The position numbers were made by a program, and so were the translations under genes. A DNA stretch of 64,000 nucleotides from Mantamonas sphyraenae STR306 (lineage: Eukaryota > Protista > CRuMs). The notes below the pieces were generated by a model. That model was not told where the DNA came from. It did no database searches and saw only the letters and a list, made by a program, of their open reading frames with translations. This document shows, piece after piece, positions 56,006 to 64,000 of the stretch; position 1 is the first letter of the stretch; the number at the start of each line of letters is the position of its first letter. The stretch covers positions 124,001 through 188,000 of the forward strand of contig JAPMXV010000063.1 in assembly GCA_026936335.1 (NCBI GenBank). Direction: 5' to 3'.

Positions 56006-56431
56006 ATGCCCGGTTTGAAAGGTCTGATCAAGGAGAAAGAGGCGGAAAAGTCGTTTTGGGAACGCGCATACGACACGGCGGTGTCTTGGATTGGTCCGCC
56101 GCAACGTCGCGCCAGGATGTACAAGCAGGTCAACGATTCGGTGGGCAAGGCCGCAGAGGTGACGTACAACTACGGCAGCTCGGCGCTGTGGTTTGGAGCC
56201 ACCGTCTTTGTGGTCAGCGCAGTGCCCACTCTGTTTACGCACGAGCTCGAGGGGATCAAGGTGAGTGCTGACGCCAGAGAGAGTCCACAGTCGTACATTC
56301 GCCCATGTGTATGCCCTCCGCACGCAGGGGTGACATCGCAAATCCTCCGACTCTGCTTCCTGCCCCAGTCGGAAGGCAACGGACTTTGGCGAGGAAATGC
56401 GCACGACCCGCAAACACCTCCGGCGCGCTGA
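56006..56431 (+). CDS. TOM22: Tom22-like mitochondrial import receptor; intron ~56261-56368
   Basis: 'SFWERAYD...IGPPQRR...YNYGSSALWFGATVFVVSAVPTLFTHELE' matches the Tom22 core (ER..P..R; W...T.......P in the TM). Confidence 0.65.
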   Translation: MPGLKGLIKEKEAEKSFWERAYDTAVSWIGPPQRRARMYKQVNDSVGKAAEVTYNYGSSALWFGATVFVVSAVPTLFTHELEGIKVSADARESPQSYIRPCVCPPHAGVTSQILRLCFLPQSEGNGLWRGNAHDPQTPPAR

Positions 56432-56538
56432 CACGCAAGGCACCCTTTACACAGCGCGAGCAACGCATGCAGCTGATTGAGTATGGACGTGCACAGGCCT
56501 CTGAGGCCCGCCGAGGATTTGTCATGTGAGCAAGTGCA

Positions 56539-58693
56539 TTACAGGGTGAAGGAAAGTGCCGCACACACACACACCGCCAACAAAGTCCACATGCCGAGGA
56601 CCACACCGCTAGCTGCCGAGTACGTCTTGAAAGGATCGCTGGTGGTCGCCTTGACGGCGCTGGGGCAGGCACGGGAGTACTCTGGGCAGGTGATGGAGCC
56701 CTGAAGGCCGCCGTTGTTGACCTGCACCACGCCGCCCGCCGTGGGGCAATCCACGTAGTTGCTCGTGCCTGTGTCGACCAGCACCTTGAAGGTGTTGCCT
56801 TCGCACTTGGTCTGGTAGCACTTGGGCTCGCTGTTGGCCTGTGCACCTCCGCTTGCCACGTTGCTCATCACACACTTGCTGCCGTCCACACCGTACCGTT
56901 CGCCGTTGTTGGTGCGCGAGCTGGAGCCTGCGCTGCTGTCTGCACACAGACGGTACGGCGTCGACAACGACGGGTAGCCACAGTAGTCATAGAAGGAGGA
57001 CGAGCCACCTGTGGTTGGCGAGGTGTAATGCTGGTACCACGGAGGCAGCGACAGGTGTTGGGTCACATCACAGCTTGCTGCGCCATACAGATTTGCGTCG
57101 CAGTTGACTGCGCCGGAGCTGGAGCAAAAGTAGGCCGAGCTGCGGTCGTTGCAGTCCTTCTCCACAAAGTCGCACCCTGCGCCGTGGCCGTAGGGGAGCG
57201 CCTGGATATGCGACGAGTCCCAGTTGATACTGTAGTGACCTGTGTCCTGCAGAAACGCCAGTGGGAAGGCGGACATGACCGGGTACACGCTGGTGGACGC
57301 CGTCATCATCTCAATACCCAGGATGCGCTTCTCAAAGTGGGACCCAGCCGAGCCCGTTCCTCCGCCATCCTCCAGCGCCACGCCGTTCACGAGTGCGCTG
57401 CATCCAAAGTGTTTCTGGGCCACATCCATCACGGCAGACGTCTTCAGGTACGACACCGTGTGCGACTGGCTGCCGTACGTCGTCGTCACCTCCTTGATGA
57501 CGCTCGAACGCGGCAGGAACGACGTGTACGACGACGGCGAGCTCGGGTTGCGGAACTTCTCGTACATGCTGGACGTAAAGCCCAGGGCGTGCATCACCTC
57601 GTGCATAATCACTTGGATGTCCCCTTCCTTCTCCTCCACGCCCGCCGAACTAGAGGCACCCGTCATGTGCTGCGGCCCCCAGTTGACGTGCCCTGCAATC
57701 GGTCGCGTACGAAACGCCAGGCACTGCGACGTCGTGTGTGCCACGTTTGTTTGTTTATGTGCCGTGTGGCGTGTGTCTGTGTCAGAGAGGTGCTACGGCG
57801 AGTTTGTGTCCTGGAACACTTTTTTGTGGGAAAAGCTGCAGGCGTTCTCGGGTTTCCCGGCTGCGGTGCGTGCCACCTACCTGTCCAGCGTAGGCGACGG
57901 TGCCTCCAAACGTAGGACGGCCTGTGAGGAAGAGCGCAATGTCGTAGGTGTCGAACGCGGTATCCTTTCCGCCGGTCATGGCCGCCGGGACGGGAACACC
58001 GCCGTAGAAGCCGCAGTTTGTTCCGTCCTCAATCTGTGCCGCGTGAGAGATGCAAGGAAATCGTCAGCACATGTGACAGAGAGAGAAAGAGAGAGGGCAC
58101 AGATACTCAGCGGCACGTACCTTGATGCCACGGGGCGTGGGTTCGACCAGAAGCACATCTTCGAGGCGCTTCTCCACTTCGGGCAGGATCTGGTTGACCA
58201 CATAGTCGTGCTTGGCCTGGGTGAGCACAAGGGAGGAGGTACACGTGCCTGAGCAAGCGTCCTCAGTGCCGTCCGCGCACTGGGTGCTTCCGCCAGACCC
58301 GGACTTGTAGGTCTGCCCTGCGGTGTAGCAGGTGCGGTCGCCGTCACTGTTGAGCGAGAAACGGGACAAATCAAAGCGAATTCGGATTTTGCCGCGTGTC
58401 TTTGTGCTCATCAGCGTCAGCTCGCCGTCCTCTGCGGCGTCGCCGTTTTGGGAAAGCGCGCCTGCCGCGTCGCGTGCGTTCAACAGCTGCTGCTGCTGCG
58501 AAGGCTCACCGGCCTCCTTCACCTTCCATCCACTCTGTTCGTGCGTGTGCATCATACGGTCGTGCATGCACTTGTGTTCGCGCGGACGAGCGTCCAAGGG
58601 CTTCTCGCCTGCGTCCAGATGGCCTTGCACCTGTGCCACACACGCAACCATCAGCATCACTGCCAAAATCTGTCCCACATTGTCCTTGTTCAT
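56539..58693 (-). CDS. Leishmanolysin/GP63 (peptidase M8), secreted and probably GPI-anchored; two introns
   Basis: Signal peptide, prodomain 'HKCMHD', 'HEVMHALGF', 'LEDGGGTGSAGSHFEKR', 'EMMTA', 'LQDTGHY', Cys-rich C-terminus and hydrophobic tail. Confidence 0.92.
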
Positions 58694-58758
58694 GGCCACT
58701 TTGCAAGAGGATGGGATTTCGTTGGAGGCGATCGTGGACGCAACCCCCTCCAAACAAA

Positions 58759-60610
58759 ATGTCCGACGAGTACACCTTTGAGGACTTGCAGCAACGCATC
58801 GACGACCTCTCCAACGAGGACCCGTCCACTCTGTTCGAACTCACGGACCTGTTGGGACGTGGCTCCTACGGCTCCGTGTACAAGGCCCGCTACATCCCGA
58901 CCTCGGAAATCGTGGCCATCAAGATGATTTCCCTCGAGGAGGGCGAGGAAGGCATTGAAGACATCAAAAAGGAGATCGACATCCTGCGCCAGTGCGACTC
59001 GGAGTACATCGTTCGCTACCGCGGCTCTTTCTTCAAAGGCTCCAATCTGTGGGTGCGTTACGGGCCCGAGCGTGCAAATCTCCCTCCCGCTCCACACAAA
59101 ATGACCCGGAACTCACACGGACATGCGCCACGCCTTGGATGGCCATGGCAACCAAAACCACACCTATCGCGGCTCCGCCGTGCCACACGTCCGCTGTGTG
59201 CTTCTCTTCTTTGTTCCACAGATTGCCATGGAGTACTGCGGCGGAGGGTCTTGCTCGGACTTGGTGCAGATCCTGGAGGGCCCCATGAGCGAGGACGCGA
59301 TTGCGCTGATCTGCAGGGACGCGCTGCGAGGCCTGCAGTATCTGCACGAGCAGAAGAAGATCCATCGAGACATCAAAGGCGGCAACATCATCTTGACCGA
59401 GGAAGGCCGTGTGAAGCTGGCCGACTTTGGCGTGTCTGCACAGCTGGTCAACACGTTTAGCAAGCGAAACACATTCATTGGGACGCCATTCTGGATGGCG
59501 CCGGAAGTGTTGCAAGAGTCGATGTACGACGGCAAGAGCGACGTGTGGTCGCTGGGCATCACTGCCATCGAGTTGGCCGAAGTGATTCCTCCCAAGGCCA
59601 ACATCCATCCTATGCGCGTGATTTTTATGATCCCACGCGACCCGCCGCCCACCCTTACGGAGCCGCGCAAGTGGAGTGTCACCTTTCGTGACTTTCTCAG
59701 CAAGTGTTTGGTGAAGGATCCGAAGCGTCGGCCCACTGCGGAGCAGCTGCTGCGCCACAAGTTTGTCACCGACGTCAAGTCGTACGGCGTGATTGTGGAT
59801 GAGATCGAACGCATGCGTGCGGTGGTGGAGGAGCGTGGTTACGGTCTGCAGGACGGTGAGGCGGACGAGGGCGAAGGCTTGGACGAGGGAGACCCGTCGG
59901 GCACCATGGTGCTCAACACAACCAAAACCGACGGAAGCGAGGACGTGTTTGGCACAGCGGTCAACTATGGCACGTCGCGGTTTGGGACGAGCGGCAGCGA
60001 AGACGAAGTGCCCGCGTTCATCGCCAACATCCGGCAGAACAAGGGGGCCAGCCGTACCTACGACGAGGAGGAGGATGAGGACGAGGAAGACGAGGAAGAG
60101 GACGAAGACAGCGACTTTTTCGGGGGAGGCACAGTGCGCATGACCTCGTCGGCGTCGTCGGGCAACACAGAGAAGCCGTCGTTTCTGCAGCGACTGCAAG
60201 CAAACGGAGGCTCATCGGCGTCGCTTGTGGCACCGACCACACCCAAAAAGGGCATTGCCGAGGATGCGTCCAAGGGATTTGGGCTGGACGACAACCTGTA
60301 TGGGATCTACCAGAAGGGCTCAACCATCGGCATCCCATTCCTCAACCTGACCTACCTGAGTGCAGAAAACATGCTGGCGACGGACTATGAACAGAACAAC
60401 CTGACGTCGACCATCAACGAGCTGTCCAGCAACTACGAGGAGCTGGCTGAGGAGTTGAACGTGACACCGATGATCAGCAACCTGCTCAAAACGCTTGCGT
60501 ATCACCAGCGTCGGCAGGAGGAGATCCCCATGACGGCCAAGGAGATGGACCAAAACCGACGAGTGGTCACAGAGCTGACGACGGCTCTCAAGACGGTGTA
60601 CAGGGTGTGA
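58759..60610 (+). CDS. STE20/GCK kinase (MST/Hippo-related, plant SIK1-like C-terminal domain); intron ~59053-59221
   Basis: 'LGRGSYGSVYKA', 'IAMEYCGGGS', 'HRDIKGGNI', 'KRNTFIGTPFWMAPEV', 'IHPMRVIFMIP'; C-terminus 'LYGIYQKGSTIGIPFL...NLLKTLAYHQ...ELTTALKTVYRV'. Confidence 0.92.
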
Positions 60611-60660
60611 AGAGGGGAATGAACACATTGCGATTGTGCTGCCAACGCATTGCCCACACC

Positions 60661-62024
60661 ATGGACGTCCGTCCCTTTCATCTCTTGTGCAAACACACAC
60701 ACCAGGCGTTGTGCCGGTGTCCAGAGGGGGCGTCTGCCAAGGAGCATGAGGCACGCGTGGAGAAGGAGAGTGCAGCCAACGCGCGGCTGCTGCGGCTGCT
60801 GGCCACCAACAGCACACGCGTGGCTCGCTTTGTACAGAACCAGGACTCTGGGGAGGAGCAAGAGTCGGCGCCGCGGGAGTTTGTCATGTTTGAGCCCAAT
60901 CTGGAGGCGTACGTGTGCGAGCGGGTGCCGGGAGGGGATTGGGTCAGGATCAGCGCGTTGACACGGCCCACATACGCACACGAACACACGCACACAGGAC
61001 GCCTCCACCTGGCGCAAGTGAAGAGTATCCCGTGCCAAACATGACGCTGTCTGAAGCAGCCAAACAAACAAGCTTGGGCAGGCAGCCGCGGATCCCGTCG
61101 GGGTTCGAGCTGTTTGCGCGCGAGCTCGTGGAGCAGTTTGACGAGAAGGGCGCGGTGGCAGTGCGAAGCAAAGGACAAACAGAGGAACGACAGCAGTCGT
61201 CGTCGTCGTCGTCATCATCGTCGTCGTCGTCGTCGTCGTCGTCATCGTCATCGTCTGCGGCAGTTGTGGAAAGCGGGAGTGGAGACGACGCGGAAGACGC
61301 GTACCTGAGCGAGGAGGACCTGAGCGCGCAATGGATGGCGTTGAGCAAAGAGGTGCAGGAGGGATACACAGCACGTGCAAAGCTGCTGCAGTTGCAGGTG
61401 CAGCAGCAGGAGAAAGAGGCGCGAAGCGTGCTGGAACTTGCCAACTCGGGTCAGCTGGTGCCTCCGCCCGTGGAGCTGTCGCTGGAGCCACGAGCCACCA
61501 AGTTCAACCTGGCCATGAAGGCGGCGTCGAACAGGAGCAACAAGGAGGAACGGCTGCGCATGTACGAGGTGGTGGCCAAAGAATACTTTAGCAGCATTGA
61601 CCAGGCCACGTACAATGCCATCAAGGTCAACGCCTCCCTCGACGTTTACCAGGAATATGAGGCCAAGTTCAACCAAGTGGCACGGGAGCTGCGAGGCAAC
61701 GATCTGCTGGCCTTTGCTGTGCAATTCCCCACCGCTCGACCCTACCTGGCTTCCGTCGACGCCCGATATGCCCAGCAGCTGAAATCGCACCGCGAGAAGC
61801 TGGATGGCCTCAAGAAGCAGGCCAAACTCGGCTCGCTGGACCATGCAGGGGTCCAGTTTGTCATGCAGGGACCCACGCCGCAGAAACGCCAGCGCGAAGA
61901 GAGTGGCGGTGCTCAGGACGACGGCCAGATGGATGTGCAGGACACGAACGAGGCCTACGACCAAGCTGCCAAGAGGCAGCGTGTGGAAGAGAGCGAGGGT
62001 GTGGCCATGGCGCCGGCAATGTGA
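60661..62024 (+). CDS. HMG-box-containing protein; probable intron ~60943-61018
   Basis: 'QPRIPSGFELFARE...LSAQWMALSKEVQEGYTARAK' is an HMG box split by a poly-Ser insert; basic NLS-like tails. Confidence 0.6.
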
Positions 62025-62172
62025 CGCGGTTTCTTGTTCATTCCTGCCGAGCCGATTCTTCATCTTCTTACTGCCGTTGCGCAAACAGCGCGCCGGCGTA
62101 TGTCTGGTTCTGGATAGTTACCTTGTTGCGATATGTGATGCTTCTGTTGTTGTTTAACACGTACGTGCTGGC

Positions 62173-64000
62173 TCAAGTGGCCTTGTCCTTGCTCTTGGCC
62201 CATGTGAGGCTGGCTGGGCGAGTGCCACGATCCATCTGCGTAAGGAATGCAATCAGAATGTTCTCACACGCAGATGTGTCTCGATCCTTGATGATTGGCC
62301 AGCCTGATGCATGCTGAAGTGTCGCTAGCATGGCTGCACCTGCCGTTCGGTCGTTGTACGACACGCTGCAGGCGCACTTGACGCTGCGACCAAACTTGTT
62401 GATGTTCGAGCCGACTTCAGCGACACCCTGGACCTCGTACCCGCAGTTGGAGCAGCACTTTGTTGTGCGGTGCTCGTTCACGAGGAAGACCGGGGAGCTG
62501 CGTGCCAGGTCGTCCCTCACCGCAGCGTCATTTGCACATCCGCGTCTCCAGCCCTGCGTGTTGCCCATCACATACACAATCACGCCTGAGTTGTCACCTG
62601 GTTTGTTTCCCGACAGCTCCTTTGCGGCTCGTTCAACGTTTGACTGCAGCCTCTGTGTCTCCTTCATGCGGCTCAGGTTTACGATGATGCGTCGCTGCCG
62701 ATCCTCCTCGCTGCCGTGAGAGCGCGTTTGGTGGCCCCGCTGGCCTGTCAGATGTTGTCTCTTGGCATGAGTGTGCACAGGCACATTGACCGCTTCGGCG
62801 TACACTTGCGCACCCCTCATCGTGGACTCCAATGGTTTGCTGATTTGCCAGTGCGTTTTCCAGCTGCCCGTGTCCGCCGTGGCCACCACAATGCTCTCGA
62901 GGGCCTTCTTGTGATTCTGCAGCTCCTTGGTCGTGGGTGGTCGTGTTTGGCTTGGTTTGATGACGCCTGTGAATACGCTCGCTTGGGGTAGGCAGCGCAC
63001 AAACCAACTGGGCAATAGTTCTTCCAGCTCCTTCGGCACCCCACATAGCACGCTCAACTTCACACAGAACTCCGCCAGTTTGCTCTTCGACCAGTTTGTG
63101 GGTACGTGGTGTGCAATCCATCCGAGAGAACGCGACTCAGGGAGCACGACGTCCGCGAGCGTCAGCCCAAACTTCTTCACCTGGGCCTTGGTCATCACCA
63201 CGCCTGCGACATGGCTGTCATATCTGAGGATGCGTTTGACGGAACCACACACCTGCACAGTGCCGGTGGCGTGTGCGAGGACATGGCCAGGAAGTACACT
63301 CAGTTGAGGTAGCAACAACGCCGCGAGGGCCACACGGCGGTGCCAGAACGACGTGAGCTGGGCATCTTGCTCGTCGTCCACGTCGCCCTCATGTTCCTCT
63401 TCGTCCAGCTTGTGCATCGTTTGCGCCACCCAGGGAGCCGAACGATGCAGCGTTGCCGAGTGGGTCTCCAACCATTCCCTGGCCGGCTCGAGGCCATCTT
63501 TGGGAAGGGTGGACAGCGTGTGCAACAGAGTACTCGTGCCGACTTCTGTGGTATCGATATGCGACAGCAGCCGGTGGATCAGTGATGGGGTGAAGTTCAC
63601 GCATGAACAGAGAGGCCGCTCACTTGGCATACCACGGCTTCCTCCCTTTTTCAGTCTGTTGGAAATGTACTGTGCTGCATGGTTGGTCAGCTCGGTCCGA
63701 GGTGCGTCCATGGTGTTGGCGAAAAAAGTGCTCTTGGACACGCCCTTGCACACCAGCTTCTTGGCCAGGTTCCTCACCCTCGAACCCAAGGCCTCGTCCA
63801 TCTCGCTGTCTGTGATCCACTTGGTCACCTCGTCGGGAATGCCATCGTCCACACGCTGGTGTTTCTGGCCAGCTTCCGCTTCCGCGGGCTCTGGCGAGCC
63901 CGAATCCATCTCTGATTTCTCGCTGCGCTCCCGCTTGCGCTCGTTGTGCACGCCTGTGCGCGTCTTTTGCGATGTCTTGGAACGATGCCGTGTGCTCCGT
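62173..64000 (-). mobile_element. Fanzor/TnpB-like RNA-guided endonuclease ORF (intronless; frame stays open to the window edge, first ATG 63909)
   Basis: RuvC-I 'SIVVATADTGS' (D ~62873), 'VIVYVMGN', RuvC-II plus zinc finger 'VFLVNEHRTTKCCSNCG...VKCAC' (E ~62474), RuvC-III 'KDRDTSACENI' (D ~62279), and C-terminal 'RGTRPASL', as typical of eukaryotic Fanzors. Confidence 0.8.

Noticed and set aside
46873-60610. Possible functional mitotic cluster (NDR, Dad4, BuGZ, Hippo-like kinase)
   Set aside because: The genes are interspersed with unrelated ones (LYR, LC1, Tom22, GP63); chance adjacency cannot be excluded without synteny data.
1-64000. tRNA, rRNA, spliceosomal snRNA genes or an iron-responsive element near the aconitase
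   Set aside because: None was recognisable by eye; the short rRNA-complementary stretches at 25160 and 25485 are better explained as snoRNA guides. A tRNAscan/Infernal run would be needed to exclude them formally.

Overview
Gene-dense, GC-rich eukaryotic nuclear DNA with short GT-AG introns, many CA/GT microsatellites and very short intergenic spacers. It most likely comes from a flagellated protist, since it encodes FOR20/CEP20 and axonemal dynein LC1. About 28 protein genes can be read. Housekeeping and signalling genes: a PPR protein, cytosolic aconitase, MYG1, an APC/polyamine transporter, PDI, SF3A3/PRP9, a USP9/24/34-like deubiquitinase, a ZnT5-like CDF transporter, VPS35L, an NDR kinase, Dad4, a LYR protein, ZNF207/BuGZ, LC1, Tom22, leishmanolysin, a SIK1/Hippo-type STE20 kinase and an HMG-box protein. 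The most unusual elements are: (1) an intronless Fanzor/TnpB-like ORF with an intact D-E-D RuvC triad and zinc finger, plus a possible omega-RNA region downstream; (2) a dsRBD + NYN/PIN-like nuclease gene in a recent partial triplication whose second dsRBD copy differs mostly by amino-acid changes; (3) a degenerate CHAT(caspase-like)-STAND NTPase-TPR 'NLR-like' gene next to an LRR gene; (4) two gustatory-receptor-like (7TMIC) membrane proteins; (5) a probable non-coding host transcript with two intronic box C/D snoRNAs (U33/snR55-like and U18/snR18-like) sharing a covarying GAUU/AUGA C/D motif; (6) single-base insertions that split aconitase and MYG1, the latter at CCC-TGA. All family calls come from motif recognition by eye, not database searches, and exon boundaries are inferred from splice signals and reading frame.
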